A stretch of DNA of 64,000 nt from an uncultured Candidatus Rokubacteria bacterium (GCA_963826115.1 CAWGVS010000005.1:736001-800000); one strand, 5' to 3'. Positions 1 to 10,614 are shown, counted from the first letter of the stretch. Numbers and translations are program-made. The notes: generated by a model from the sequence alone, not told the origin.

Positions 1-1071
1 CTCGACGTGGCGGGGGAGGGAGGGGGCGCGCGGCTCCACGGCGTCGTCGCGCCTCCGGCCCTCGCCCGCAGCCATCGCGACGACATCCACCTGATCGTCA
101 ACGGCCGCGTCGTGCGCGACACGCTCCTGACGCAGGCGCTCCTCGAGGCCTTTCGGCCCCAGCTCCCGCGCGACCAGTTTCCGCTGGCCGCCATCGCGTT
201 CGACGTGGATCCGGGCGAGGTCGACGTGAACGTCCACCCCGCCAAGACCTGGGTGCGCTTCCGCCGGCCGCGGGTCCTCTACGGTGTCCTCCTCGACGCG
301 GTGCGGGCGTCGCTCCGCCAGCTGGACGCGGCGCCGGCGGGACTGGCCGCCCGGGTTGCGGGCGACGAGACGGTCCCCGGGGCCGTCCAGGGACCCGGCC
401 TTGGCGGGATGCCCACGCCAGCCGGCGGGGACGGCAGCGACGCGGGACAGGCCTCGCTGTTCCGCGAGGGCGAGGCGGGCTACCGCAGCGAGCCCTTCTT
501 CGGCCGCGTCGTCGGCCAGATCGAGGACACGTTCATCGTGGCCCACACGCCCGACGAGGTCTTCTTCGTGGACCAGCACGTCGCGCACGAGCGTGTCCTC
601 TTCGAGCGTCTCCGAGCGGAGCTCGACGCGGGCGTCCTCGCGTCGCAGGAGCTCCTGTTCCCGCTGCCCCTCGAGGTCGCGCCGGCGCGGCTCCGGGCGC
701 TCGAGCGGGCGCGCCCGGAGCTCGAGCGCCTCGGGTTCGCGCTGGAGGGATTCGGAGCCGGCGCCGCTCTCCTCCGAGCGGTGCCCTCGCTCCTCCGGAC
801 CGAGGACGTGGCCCGCCTGGCCGACGAGCTCGCCCAGGAGCTGGACGAGGACGCGGGGCCGGGCGCCTCGCCCGTCCTGGACCGTCTCCTCGCCTTCGTC
901 GCGTGCCGCGCGGCGATCAAGGCCCACCAGCCGCTCGCCACCGAGGAGATGGCGCAGGTCCTGACCGACCTCGCCGGGACGGCGACGCCGTACTACTGCC
1001 CACACGGCCGGCCGATCGTCTCGCGGATCCCGCTCGGAGAGATCAAGCGCGAGCTGCGCCGGACCTGGTGA
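1..1071 (+). CDS. mutL: DNA mismatch repair protein MutL, C-terminal part (5' end outside window)
   Basis: VDVNVHPAK, DQHVAHERVLFE endonuclease motif, ACRAAIK and CPHGRP; directly upstream of miaA. Confidence 0.97.
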   Translation, partial: LDVAGEGGGARLHGVVAPPALARSHRDDIHLIVNGRVVRDTLLTQALLEAFRPQLPRDQFPLAAIAFDVDPGEVDVNVHPAKTWVRFRRPRVLYGVLLDAVRASLRQLDAAPAGLAARVAGDETVPGAVQGPGLGGMPTPAGGDGSDAGQASLFREGEAGYRSEPFFGRVVGQIEDTFIVAHTPDEVFFVDQHVAHERVLFERLRAELDAGVLASQELLFPLPLEVAPARLRALERARPELERLGFALEGFGAGAALLRAVPSLLRTEDVARLADELAQELDEDAGPGASPVLDRLLAFVACRAAIKAHQPLATEEMAQVLTDLAGTATPYYCPHGRPIVSRIPLGEIKRELRRTW

Positions 1072-1075
1072 CGCC

Positions 1076-2059
1076 GTGGCACCGGAGCCCGAGGCCCCGG
1101 CGGCGGCCGTGCCGCTCCTCGCGATCCTCGGACCGACCGGCGTCGGGAAGACACGTGTCGCGGGCGCGCTCGCCGAGGAATGGCCGATCGAGGTGGTGAG
1201 CGTGGACTCCCGGCAGGTGTACCGGCGGATGGACATCGGCACCGCCAAGCCCACGCCCGCGGAGCGCCGCGCGGTCCGCCACCACCTGGTCGACGTCGTC
1301 GAGCCTGACGAGGCATACGACGCGGGCCGCTTCGTCCGCGAGGCGGCCGCCGCGATCGAGGACGCACGTCGCCGCGGGCGCCGGCCGATCCTGGTCGGGG
1401 GCACGGGCCTCTACTTCCGGGCGCTCGTGCGTGGGCTTCTCCCGCGCCCGCCCGCCGACCCGGCGCTCCGCGCCACGCTCCAGGCCGAGGCGCGCGCCGC
1501 AGGGTCCGAGTCTCTCCACCGCCGGCTCCGCGACCTCGACCCCGAGGCGGCGACGCGGCTCCACCCGAACGACGCGCTCCGGGTCACGCGGGCGCTCGAG
1601 GTCGCGATCCAGACCGGCGCACCGGGCGAGCGGCGCGGCCCGGGCCGGTGGGCGGAGCGCGCCGCCGCACCGCGCTACCGCATCGTGGGGATTGGGCTCA
1701 CGGCGCCGCGCCCGGCGCTCTACGCGACGCTCGACGCCCGGGTGGACCGCATGCTCGCCGACGGGCTCCTCGACGAGGTCCGCGCCCTCCTGGCGGCGGG
1801 GTACGGTCCGGACCTCCCGGCCATGCGAGGGATCGGCTACCGGCACCTCGGCCCCGTCGTCCGGGAGGGCCGGAGCGTCCAGGCCGCGGTGGCGGCCATG
1901 AAGCGGGACACGCGCCGGTACGCGAAGCGCCAGTGGACCTGGTTCGCGCGCGAGCCGGACCTCGCCTGGGTCGAGACGAGCCCCGGCGACGTGTCGACCG
2001 CGATCGACGCGATCAAGAAAATCGTTGAACGGACGCGGCCTTTCGACTACCCTGGCTGA
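1076..2059 (+). CDS. miaA: tRNA dimethylallyltransferase
   Basis: GPTGVGKT, SVDSRQVYRRMDIGTAKP, VGGTGLY and TRRYAKRQWTWF motifs. Confidence 0.97.
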   Translation: MAPEPEAPAAAVPLLAILGPTGVGKTRVAGALAEEWPIEVVSVDSRQVYRRMDIGTAKPTPAERRAVRHHLVDVVEPDEAYDAGRFVREAAAAIEDARRRGRRPILVGGTGLYFRALVRGLLPRPPADPALRATLQAEARAAGSESLHRRLRDLDPEAATRLHPNDALRVTRALEVAIQTGAPGERRGPGRWAERAAAPRYRIVGIGLTAPRPALYATLDARVDRMLADGLLDEVRALLAAGYGPDLPAMRGIGYRHLGPVVREGRSVQAAVAAMKRDTRRYAKRQWTWFAREPDLAWVETSPGDVSTAIDAIKKIVERTRPFDYPG

Positions 2060-2061
2060 GC

Positions 2062-3405
2062 GTGCCGCGCGTAGAGAGGGCTGTCGATCGGGCCATCCTC
2101 ATGGGGCTCCGGCTTCCCCGCCAGAAGCGCTGGGAGGTGGAGGAGTCGATGGAGGAGTTGAGCCGCCTGGCCGAGAGCGCGGGCGCGTCGGTCGTCGCCA
2201 GCGTCGTCCAGGAGCGCACCGAGCGGAACCCGCGGCTCCACTTCGGCAAGGGCAAAGTGGAGGAGGTGCGCGGCCTCGCCCGGGCCCTCGGCGCCGGGCT
2301 CCTGATCTCCGACGATCCACTGACGCCGGTCCAGGAGCGCAATCTGACCCGCGCGCTCGAGCTCCGCGTGATCGACCGGACCGCCCTGATCCTCGACATC
2401 TTCGCCCAGCGGGCGCGGACGAGCGAGGGGAAGCTCCAGGTGGAGCTCGCGCAGCTGACGTATCTCCTGCCGCGCCTCGTGAGGCAGTGGGCCCATCTCG
2501 AGCGGCTCGGAGGCGGAATCGGGACGCGCGGACCCGGTGAGACGCAGCTGGAATCCGACCGGCGCGTCGTGCGACGGCGTATCGGCCAGATCCACGAGGC
2601 GCTGACGGACGTCCAGCGTCACCGGCGACTCCTCCGGACGCACCGGCGCGACGTCGGCCTTTCCGTGGTGGCGCTGGTCGGGTACACGAACGCCGGGAAG
2701 ACGACCCTCCTCAACCGGATCGCCGGCGCGAACGCGCCGACGGCCGACCAGCTGTTCGTGACGCTCGACCCCGCGGCGCGGCTCGTGTCGGGCGGCCGTC
2801 GGGCCCCGTTCGTGCTGACCGACACGGTCGGCTTCATCCAGAAGCTCCCGACCCAGCTCGTCGCCGCCTTCAAGGCGACCCTCGAGGAGCTGGAGGACGC
2901 GCAGCTCCTCCTGCACGTCGTCGACGCGAGTCATCCCCAGGCGCGGGAGCACATGTCGGCCGTCTACCGCGTGCTCGAGGACCTGGGGCTCGAGGACCGC
3001 CCCTCGCTGGTGGTGATGAACAAGATCGACCGCCTGGCGGAGGCGAACGGATTCCTCCGCGAGCTGGAGGTCGAGGGCGCGACGGCGGTATCGGCGCGGA
3101 CCGGGCAGGGGCTGGACACGCTCCTCGCGAGGATCGGCGCGGCGCTCGGCGCGACGCGCTCGACCTGTCGCCTGCGCGTACCCTACGAGCGCGGCGGAGT
3201 CCTGAGTCGCGTGTACGCGCGCGGCCGTGTGCTGGGGCGGGAAGACCGCCCGGACGGAATCTGGCTCGACGTCGAGGTCCCACACGCGCTGGAGGGTCTG
3301 GTGCGACCCTACCGCGTCTCGGGTCCGAATGGTGCCGGCGCGCGAGAGCCCCTCGAGGCCTGGGCGGCCGGTCGTGGAACCACTCTTCAGGAGGCAGGGT
3401 CATGA
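2062..3405 (+). CDS. hflX: GTPase HflX
   Basis: LILDIFAQRA, GIGTRGPGETQLE, GYTNAGKTT, DTVGFI and NKID motifs. Confidence 0.97.
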   Translation: MPRVERAVDRAILMGLRLPRQKRWEVEESMEELSRLAESAGASVVASVVQERTERNPRLHFGKGKVEEVRGLARALGAGLLISDDPLTPVQERNLTRALELRVIDRTALILDIFAQRARTSEGKLQVELAQLTYLLPRLVRQWAHLERLGGGIGTRGPGETQLESDRRVVRRRIGQIHEALTDVQRHRRLLRTHRRDVGLSVVALVGYTNAGKTTLLNRIAGANAPTADQLFVTLDPAARLVSGGRRAPFVLTDTVGFIQKLPTQLVAAFKATLEELEDAQLLLHVVDASHPQAREHMSAVYRVLEDLGLEDRPSLVVMNKIDRLAEANGFLRELEVEGATAVSARTGQGLDTLLARIGAALGATRSTCRLRVPYERGGVLSRVYARGRVLGREDRPDGIWLDVEVPHALEGLVRPYRVSGPNGAGAREPLEAWAAGRGTTLQEAGS

Positions 3406-4637
3406 GAGCGTGGGCGCGAGTGCTCCTGATGTTGGCGGCGGCGGGGATGATCTGGGGCGGGACGGCCGAGGCGCAGCTCTTCGGCCCCAAGGCCACCGTG
3501 ACCAGTCCCACGGACGGGAAGTCGATCGACCAGGCGCAGCAGGAGGCCTACGACGGGCCCAAGGCCCGGGTGGCCGTCTCGCAGTTCAAGGACAAGACCG
3601 GCAAGGGCTGGTGGACCGGTGCGATCGGCGACGGCATGGCCGACATGCTCTCGACCGCCCTGTTTCATTCCAATCGCTACATCCTCCTCGAGCGGCAGCA
3701 GGTCAGCGACGTCCTGCGCGAGCAGGACCTCGGCGCGTCCGGGCGGATCCAGAAGGGCACCGAGGCGCCCATCGGCCAGATCGAGGGCGCGGAGCTCCTG
3801 ATCACCGGCGCCGTGACCGAGTTCGAGGGCGCGGCGTCGGGCGGGGGCGGCGGGATCGGCGGCATCGGCGGGACGGCCGGGCGCGTGCTCGGCGGGATCG
3901 CCGGCGGGATCAAGAAGGCCCACATGGCCATCGACGTCCGCGTGATCGACACGCGGACCTCCCGCGTGGTGGCCGCGACGTCGGTCGAGGGCGAGGCCAC
4001 GGACTTCGCGCTGGGTGGCGCTCTTGCGGGGGCGGGGAGCGGCGGAGCGCTCGGTGGAGCGCTCGGCGGCTGGTCGAAGACGCCCACGGAGAAGGCGCTC
4101 CGGCTCTGCATCCAGGAGGCCGTGAAGTTCATCGTGTCGAAGACGCCGCAGACCTACTACCACTACGGGGCGAGCGGCCAGCCCGTCGCGGCGGCCGCCC
4201 CGAAGGCGGCTCCGGCGGCGGCGCCCGCCGCGGCGGCCGCGACGACGATGGCGGCGGCCGCGCCCGCGGACGCCACCGGGACCCCGTCGGCGCTCAAGGT
4301 CATCCAGACCATCAAGGCCGACCAGGACAAGGCACTGCTCGTCGATCTGAACGAGGCGAGGGTCCGGGGGGCGACCCTGTCCGTCGTGGTGACGCTGCGT
4401 CACACCGGCGGCAAGCCCTCGGCGTGGGTCCTCATCAACGACAAGAAGAGCGGGGTCATGAGCTACGACTCCGGCGAGACGGCCGAGACCATCAAGCTCG
4501 ACGACATAGTGAACTCGGCACTGAAGCCCGGCGAGGTCAGGACCGTCCGCGCGGTGTTCAAGGTGCCGAAGGGCGCCAAGAAGGTCGCGATCACGCTCGG
4601 CGGTGTCGGGACCTTCGACGACGTCGATCTCCAGTAA
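3402..4637 (+). CDS. CsgG/HfaB-family exported protein with Ala-rich linker and extra C-terminal beta domain
   Basis: Signal peptide; LERQQVSDVLREQDL, GAELLITGAVTEFE and IDVRVIDTRT resemble the CsgG family. Confidence 0.75.
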   Translation: MRAWARVLLMLAAAGMIWGGTAEAQLFGPKATVTSPTDGKSIDQAQQEAYDGPKARVAVSQFKDKTGKGWWTGAIGDGMADMLSTALFHSNRYILLERQQVSDVLREQDLGASGRIQKGTEAPIGQIEGAELLITGAVTEFEGAASGGGGGIGGIGGTAGRVLGGIAGGIKKAHMAIDVRVIDTRTSRVVAATSVEGEATDFALGGALAGAGSGGALGGALGGWSKTPTEKALRLCIQEAVKFIVSKTPQTYYHYGASGQPVAAAAPKAAPAAAPAAAAATTMAAAAPADATGTPSALKVIQTIKADQDKALLVDLNEARVRGATLSVVVTLRHTGGKPSAWVLINDKKSGVMSYDSGETAETIKLDDIVNSALKPGEVRTVRAVFKVPKGAKKVAITLGGVGTFDDVDLQ

Positions 4638-4671
4638 CAGGCCCGGTACCGCACGCCGGATCGGCTCGACA

Positions 4672-4705
4672 GGGGGCCCCGGGAGATCCGGGGCCCTCGC
4701 CCTTT
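4672..4705 (+). terminator. Probable intrinsic terminator
   Basis: GGGCCCCGG...CCGGGGCCC hairpin followed by a short T run after the CsgG-family gene. Confidence 0.4.
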
Positions 4706-4809
4706 GCGGCAGCGTTCACGCGGCGCGTCATCCACCCCCGTGGTATGCTGGCGCAGCCTGGCGGGCTCCCAGGGAACGCCACAGGACCGCCCCCCGGCAA
4801 CACACCCCC

Positions 4810-5355
4810 ATGGGTCTAGCAAACTGGCTGACAATCGTACGAATCCTCCTCGTCCCGGTGCTCGTGATCTGCCTGGTCTACAACCGGGTGCTCCTGGCGC
4901 TGAGCACGTTCATCGTGGCGGGGGTGACCGACACGATGGACGGGTACATCGCCCGGACGCGGGGCACGAAGACCCGGCTGGGCGCGTTCCTGGACCCCCT
5001 GGCCGACAAGCTCCTCCTGATCGCGTCCTTCGTCACCCTCACGTACAAGTTCCCGAAGATCCTGCCCTTCTGGCTGACCGCGATCGTGCTGAGCCGTGAC
5101 CTCCTGCTCACCGTCGTCGTGGTGCTGATCATGCTCACCGGCGGCCAGCTGAACCCCACGCCGACCTGGCTCGGCAAGCTCAGCACGGTGGTCCAGATGG
5201 TGACGGTCGGCGTGGCGCTCTTCATCGTCGGAGGCGGGCACGACTTCTGGCTGGTGCGGAAAGGCCTTCTCGTCCTGACGGCGGTGCTCACCGTCGGGTC
5301 CGGCATCCAGTACCTGCTGGTCGCGCCGCGGTACGTGGACTGGGGGAACCGCTGA
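4810..5355 (+). CDS. pgsA: CDP-alcohol phosphatidyltransferase (PgsA-like)
   Basis: ANWLTIVRI and DTMDGYIAR...GAFLDPLADKLL motif; start placed at ATG 4810. Confidence 0.85.
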   Translation: MGLANWLTIVRILLVPVLVICLVYNRVLLALSTFIVAGVTDTMDGYIARTRGTKTRLGAFLDPLADKLLLIASFVTLTYKFPKILPFWLTAIVLSRDLLLTVVVVLIMLTGGQLNPTPTWLGKLSTVVQMVTVGVALFIVGGGHDFWLVRKGLLVLTAVLTVGSGIQYLLVAPRYVDWGNR

Positions 5356-6698
5356 TGCCGAAGAAGGTCCCCGAGGCGGGCGTCCGCGTGCTGCAGGTGG
5401 ACCCGAAGGGACTCGCCGCGCGCGCCGGGCTCCGGCCGGGCGACCGGCTCCTCCGCGTGAACGGGCAGGGGCTGCGCGATCTCGTCGACTTCCACGCGCA
5501 GGCCGGCGAGGAGGAGCTCGCGATCGACGTCGAGCGCGCCGGGCGGCCGTGCTCGGTCACGCTCGAGCGGAAGTGGGGACAGGACCTTGGCCTCGAGTGC
5601 GAGCCCCCGGTCCCCGCGGAGATCTCGACCTGCGCCAACAAGTGCGTGTTCTGCTTCATCCACCAGCTGCCGAAGGGCCTCCGGAAGAGCCTCTACGTCA
5701 AGGACGACGACTACCGGCTCTCGTTCCTCCACGGGAACTACATCACGCTGACCGACCTCCCCGAGGCCGAGATCCAGCGCATCGTGGACCTCCGGCTCTC
5801 GCCGCTCTACATCTCCGTGCACGCGACGGACCCGGTGCTGCGGCACTTCCTCCTCGGGAGCCCGAAGACGATCCGCGGTGACCTCATGGACCGGATGCGC
5901 CGCCTCGCCGATGCCGGGATCCGGATGCACGCGCAGATCGTGCTCTGCCCGGGGCTCAACGACGGCGCGCCCCTCGAGCAGAGCGTCCGGGAGCTGGGGG
6001 CGCTCCATCCCGGCGTGGCGACGGTGGCCGTCGTCCCGGTGGGCCTCACGCGCCACCGGGACGGTCTCTATCCGCTCCGGTCGATCACTCCCGTCGAGGC
6101 GGCCGCGACCCTCGACGCGATCCACGGCTGGCAGGCGAGCTTCCTCGAGCGCCACGAGACGCGGTTCGTCTTCGCGGCGGACGAGCTCTACCTCCAGGCC
6201 GGCCGCCCGATCCCGCCCGCCGCGGCCTACGAGGGCTTCACGGTCGTCGAGGACGGCGTCGGGCTCGTCCGCCGGTTCGAGGACGACTTCCGGCGCATCG
6301 CAGCCCGGCCCGGACGGCCCCGCTGGCGCGGGGCGCGCGCGGCCACCGTGGTGACGGGCGAGCTCTTCGGCCCGATCCTCCGGCCGCTCCTCGAGCGGCT
6401 CCGCGTGCCGGGCCTCCGCGTCGAGGTCGCCCCGGTGCCGAACGAGTTCTTCGGTCGCGCGATCACGGTGGCCGGGCTCCTGACGGGCCAGGACGTGTCC
6501 CGCGCCCTCACCGGCCGGCCGCTCGGAGACGTGGTCCTGATCCCGCGCGTCGCGCTGACGGAGACGAAGGGCGTCTTCCTGGACGACGTGGCGCCGGAAG
6601 ACCTGTCGGGCCACCTCGGCGCGCCGGTGGTCACCGTGGACGCGAGCGCGCGCGGGCTCGTCGACGGTCTCCTCGGCCGGCCGCCGGCCGCGGCGTAA
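5355..6698 (+). CDS. PDZ + radical-SAM-like DUF512 protein
   Basis: N-terminal PDZ-like segment, CANKCVFC (CxxxCxxC), KDDDYRLSFLHGNYITLT; usual position upstream of der. Confidence 0.9.
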   Translation: MPKKVPEAGVRVLQVDPKGLAARAGLRPGDRLLRVNGQGLRDLVDFHAQAGEEELAIDVERAGRPCSVTLERKWGQDLGLECEPPVPAEISTCANKCVFCFIHQLPKGLRKSLYVKDDDYRLSFLHGNYITLTDLPEAEIQRIVDLRLSPLYISVHATDPVLRHFLLGSPKTIRGDLMDRMRRLADAGIRMHAQIVLCPGLNDGAPLEQSVRELGALHPGVATVAVVPVGLTRHRDGLYPLRSITPVEAAATLDAIHGWQASFLERHETRFVFAADELYLQAGRPIPPAAAYEGFTVVEDGVGLVRRFEDDFRRIAARPGRPRWRGARAATVVTGELFGPILRPLLERLRVPGLRVEVAPVPNEFFGRAITVAGLLTGQDVSRALTGRPLGDVVLIPRVALTETKGVFLDDVAPEDLSGHLGAPVVTVDASARGLVDGLLGRPPAAA

Positions 6699-6709
6699 GG
6701 GGAGATCCG

Positions 6710-8050
6710 GTGCGGCTCCCGGTGGTCGCGATCGTCGGACGGCCCAACGTCGGGAAGTCCACCCTCTTCAATCGCCTGACCGGGAGCCGGAAGGCGATCG
6801 TCCGCGACACCCCGGGGGTGACGCGCGATCGCATCCACGGCGTGTGCGAGTTCGCCGGCTGGCGGGCCACCGTGATCGACACGGGCGGGCTCGACCCGAG
6901 CTCGGAGGAGCCGCTCGCCACGCAGGTCCGGAAGCAGATCCTCGCCGCCATCGCCGAGGCGGACGCGCTGGTCTTCGTCATCGACGGGCGCGATGGGCTG
7001 ACGCCGATCGACGAGGAGGTCGCGCGCCTCCTCCGCCGCGTGGCGAAGCCGGTGGTGGTCGCGGTCAACAAGGTGGACGCGCGGGGGCACGAGGCCGCGG
7101 CGGCCGAGGCCTACCGGCTCGGGATGGATCCGGTGCTGCCGGTCTCCGCCGAGCACGGGCGCGGCGTCGCCGAGCTGATCGAGGCGCTCGCGATGCGACT
7201 CCCCATGGTGCCGGGCGCGGGCGCCGACGAGGAGGCCAGCCCCCTCCGGATCGCGGTCGTCGGCCGCCCGAACGTCGGGAAGTCCTCGCTGGTCAACGCG
7301 ATCGCCGGGCAGGACCGCGTCGTGGTCCACAGCGAGCCGGGCACCACGCGCGACGCCGTCGACACGCTGGTGACGGTCGAGGGGCGCCCCTACGTCATCG
7401 TCGACACCGCCGGCCTGCGCCGCAAGGGGCGGACCGAGGGCGCGCTCGACAAGCTCGCCGCCGTCATGGCCAGGCGGAGCCTGGAGCGCGCGGACCTCGC
7501 CCTGGTGGTCCTGGACGGCGGCGAGGGCGTGACGACGCAGGACGCGCGGATCGCCGGCTACGCCGAGGCAGCGGGTCGCGCCGTGGTGCTGGTGGTCAAC
7601 AAGTGGGACCTCGTGGAAGCCGCGGACCGGGCGCCCAAGATCGTGCGCTCGCTCCGCGAGCGACTCCCGTTCCTGGCGCACGCCCCGGTCGTCTTCACGT
7701 CCGCGCGCGATGGCACCGGGCTCCGCGAGCTCTTCGAGACGGTCGACCGCGTCGCGCTCGACTACGCGAAGGAGATCTCGACCGGCGAGCTGAACCGCGT
7801 CCTCACGGCCGCGGTGGAGCGGCGGCCGCCGGGCGGGGTGCACGGGAAGACGCTGAAGATCTTCTACGCGACGCAGACCGCGACCCGGCCGCCCACCTTC
7901 CTCCTGTTCGTCAACGATCCGGCCGCGCTCCACTTCTCCTACGAGCGCTACCTGGTGAGCGCGCTCCGCGAGCGCTTCGGGCTGGCGGGCTGCGCATTGC
8001 GGCTCAAGCTCCGGCGGCGGCGACCCGCGCGCACGCGCCTGTCGACGTGA
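6710..8050 (+). CDS. der: Ribosome biogenesis GTPase Der (EngA)
   Basis: Two GRPNVGKS G-domains, DTGG/DTAG and NKVD/NKWD, C-terminal KH-like domain. Confidence 0.97.
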   Translation: MRLPVVAIVGRPNVGKSTLFNRLTGSRKAIVRDTPGVTRDRIHGVCEFAGWRATVIDTGGLDPSSEEPLATQVRKQILAAIAEADALVFVIDGRDGLTPIDEEVARLLRRVAKPVVVAVNKVDARGHEAAAAEAYRLGMDPVLPVSAEHGRGVAELIEALAMRLPMVPGAGADEEASPLRIAVVGRPNVGKSSLVNAIAGQDRVVVHSEPGTTRDAVDTLVTVEGRPYVIVDTAGLRRKGRTEGALDKLAAVMARRSLERADLALVVLDGGEGVTTQDARIAGYAEAAGRAVVLVVNKWDLVEAADRAPKIVRSLRERLPFLAHAPVVFTSARDGTGLRELFETVDRVALDYAKEISTGELNRVLTAAVERRPPGGVHGKTLKIFYATQTATRPPTFLLFVNDPAALHFSYERYLVSALRERFGLAGCALRLKLRRRRPARTRLST

Positions 8051-8724
8051 CGCGGGGGCTCGGGCTCGTCCTTGGCCTGGCCCTCGCCGGCTGCGCCGCG
8101 GCGGCGCCCGCCCGTGATCCGCTGAGCGCCGAGCAGCACAACGACCTTGGGGTTCTCTACTTCGGGCGGGGCGAGCCGGCCCGAGCCGTCACGGAGTTCG
8201 AGCGCGCCGTGACGCTCCGACCGGGCTGGGCGCGCGCGCTCGTGAACCTGGGCGACGCGCGCCTCGCGGCGGGCGACGTGAAGGCGGCCATCGCGGCGTA
8301 CGAGCGCGCGGTGGCGGTCGCGCCCGACGATCCGGCTGCCGCGAACAACCTCGCCTGGGCCCTCCTCCAGGATCCGACGCGCTGGCCGGAGGCGGAGCCG
8401 ATCATCGACGCCGCGCTCGCGCGGCGCCCCGAGCCCCGCGGCTACTACCTCGACACCCTCGGCGTCCTGCGCCTTCGCCAGGGGCGCGATCGGGACGCGC
8501 TCGATCTGTTCCGGGAGGCCCTGGCCGACGGCGCGCTCGAGCTGGGCGCGTCGCGCGCGCTGGTCCTGGATCACGCCGCCGACGCCCACGCGCGCCTGGG
8601 CGACCTCGCCGCCGCGGCCCGTTGCCGCGCCCTGGCCGAGCGCGAGCGGTTGGCGCCGCGCTCCGCCGGGGTGTCCGGGTCCGCCGGGATTCCACCTGTT
8701 GGTGAGGGCGGGACCGTGTGCTAG
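8047..8724 (+). CDS. TPR-repeat lipoprotein
   Basis: GTG overlaps der stop (GTGA); lipobox LAGC; HNDLGVLY, LVNLGD and NNLAWAL TPR units. Confidence 0.8.
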   Translation: MTRGLGLVLGLALAGCAAAAPARDPLSAEQHNDLGVLYFGRGEPARAVTEFERAVTLRPGWARALVNLGDARLAAGDVKAAIAAYERAVAVAPDDPAAANNLAWALLQDPTRWPEAEPIIDAALARRPEPRGYYLDTLGVLRLRQGRDRDALDLFREALADGALELGASRALVLDHAADAHARLGDLAAAARCRALAERERLAPRSAGVSGSAGIPPVGEGGTVC

Positions 8725-8766
8725 GATTGGCCAGCTAACATCCTGTCGTATTTGGGGAATTCGAGC

Positions 8767-9699
8767 ATGAGGCGAGTTAAGCCCGACGTGTCGCACCGGA
8801 TACGACGCCAGCCGAGCATCTTCAGCGTGCGCTGGTTCCGGATCGCGCTGGGCGTCGGCCTGGTGCTCATCCTCGCGCTCCTGGTGGGTCCCTCCGTCGC
8901 GAGCTGGTTCCGGGGCGATCTGCCGAAGAGCGCCTTCCTCCTGGTACCGGGCGGCGGGCCCGCGAAGACGGCAGAAACGACGACGCCGGACTCGTCCTCC
9001 GCGCGGCCGACCGCGCCGCCGACCGCGCCGCCATCCGCTCCGCCGTCTGCCGGTGGAACGGCCTCGGCGTCGTCCGCCGGGAAGAGCGCGGCGGCTCCGG
9101 CCGAGGGCGCGCCCGCGAACCCGCCGATCGTGGGCAGCCCGTCGCCCGCGCCCTCGACGACGAGCGCGATGCCCTCGGCTCCCCGGGAGACGGCAAAGGC
9201 CGCGCCGGCCGCCGGCGATGGCGCGGCGCCGCGCCCCGGCTCGCTCTCGTCGCCCCCCTCCGTCTACTGGATCCAGGTGGGGGCGTTCCTGGACCACAAG
9301 AACGCCGACCGTCTCGCCGAGCGGCTGAAGAACGACGGGCTCTCCGCGTCGACGACCTCCTTCGAGCAGAGCCGCGTGATGTACCGCGTGCTCCTGACGA
9401 GCGCCGACGGCGGCCGCGGGCCCGACGAGGCCGTCGAGCGCGCGAAGGGCCTCGGGCACCCGGTGGAGGCGACGGCGGACGGGCCGGCGGTGACCGGCCT
9501 GGTCCCGCTCCGGAAGGCGGTGGAGACGTCGCACGCCCTCCGGCAGCAGGGGATCCCGGTGCGCTTGAAGCAGGAAGTGAGCTCGTCGACCTTCCGCGTC
9601 GTGCGCGTGGGATCGTTCCCGACGGTGGCCGAGGCCGAGACGGCGCTCGCGGCGCTCTCCGTCAAGGGCGTCGAGGGCGTGGTGGTCCGGGAGCGCTGA
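8767..9699 (+). CDS. Membrane-anchored SPOR-domain protein
   Basis: N-terminal TM helix, Pro/Ala/Ser linker, YWIQVGAF and VRVGSF SPOR motifs. Confidence 0.8.
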   Translation: MRRVKPDVSHRIRRQPSIFSVRWFRIALGVGLVLILALLVGPSVASWFRGDLPKSAFLLVPGGGPAKTAETTTPDSSSARPTAPPTAPPSAPPSAGGTASASSAGKSAAAPAEGAPANPPIVGSPSPAPSTTSAMPSAPRETAKAAPAAGDGAAPRPGSLSSPPSVYWIQVGAFLDHKNADRLAERLKNDGLSASTTSFEQSRVMYRVLLTSADGGRGPDEAVERAKGLGHPVEATADGPAVTGLVPLRKAVETSHALRQQGIPVRLKQEVSSSTFRVVRVGSFPTVAEAETALAALSVKGVEGVVVRER

Positions 9700-9732
9700 G
9701 TCCTCCGATGGACAGCATGACGGCGAGGGGGG

Positions 9733-10017
9733 GTGAGTAGGCTGACGAAGAACGACCTCATCAACTCCGTTGCGGGGCACGGGCTCTCGAAGCGACAGTC
9801 CGCCGCGGTCGTCGAGGCCGTGTTCGACAGCATGATCCGGGCGTTCGAGCAGGGCAGCGACGTCAAGATCGTGGGATTCGGGCACTTCAAGCTGCGGAAG
9901 AAGGCGTCGCGCAAGGGCCGCAACCCGCAGACCGGCAACGAGATCGAGATCACAGCTCGCCGGGTGCTGACGTTCAAGCCATCGAAGGGATTGAAGGCGC
10001 AGGTGAACCACCGTTGA
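9733..10017 (+). CDS. ihfA: Integration host factor alpha / HU-family protein
   Basis: [18 protein letters not shown] and RRVLTFKPS; ihfA-merR-tRNA-Pro context. Confidence 0.85.
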   Translation: MSRLTKNDLINSVAGHGLSKRQSAAVVEAVFDSMIRAFEQGSDVKIVGFGHFKLRKKASRKGRNPQTGNEIEITARRVLTFKPSKGLKAQVNHR

Positions 10018-10427
10018 TCGAGCCGGAGGTCGACCGCGAGCGGCGAGTCGTGGAGGTCGGGGTCGAGGCCCCGATTCCCGACAAGCTGTTCTTCCGGATC
10101 GGCGAGGTGGCCGACCTCACCGGCGTGCCGCCCTACGTGCTGCGGTACTGGGAGTCGGAGTTCAAGCTCCTCCGGCCGCGGAAGAATCACGCGGGCCAGC
10201 GTGTCTACCGGAAGCACGACGTGCAGATGGTGCTCCGCATCAAGAGTCTCCTGTACGAGGACCGCCTGACGCTGGAGGGCGCGAAGAAACGTCTTCAGCA
10301 GGAAGGCCGGCAACGCAACCAGCAGCTCGAGCTCCCGGCGCCGGATCCGCAGACGCTGGCCGCGCTCCGGTCGATTCGGGCCAGGCTGGAGGCCATCCGC
10401 CAGACGCTCCGACGAACTGCCCCTTGA
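10014..10427 (+). CDS. MerR-family transcriptional regulator
   Basis: [13 protein letters not shown]...VLRYWESEF, typical of the ihfA-linked MerR family. Confidence 0.9.
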   Translation: MIEPEVDRERRVVEVGVEAPIPDKLFFRIGEVADLTGVPPYVLRYWESEFKLLRPRKNHAGQRVYRKHDVQMVLRIKSLLYEDRLTLEGAKKRLQQEGRQRNQQLELPAPDPQTLAALRSIRARLEAIRQTLRRTAP

Positions 10428-10452
10428 ACCGCTCCGGGGCGCAACGTACAAT
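10424..10452 (+). promoter_or_regulatory. Sigma70-type promoter for tRNA-Pro
   Basis: TTGAAC-17 bp-TACAAT, 10 nt before the tRNA. Confidence 0.55.
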
Positions 10453-10462
10453 CCGTGGGGTT

Positions 10463-10539
<77 letters not shown>

Positions 10540-10614
10540 TTTCCCGCCGACCCCCAGGCGCGGCGTCCTCGCGGCGTTGCGGTCCCGGTCGCGACCGGAA
10601 AGACCGCACGCCGC

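Noticed and set aside
7082-7090. CGGGGGCAC match to the att core inside der
   Set aside because: A 9-bp GC-rich match within a conserved gene is expected by chance.
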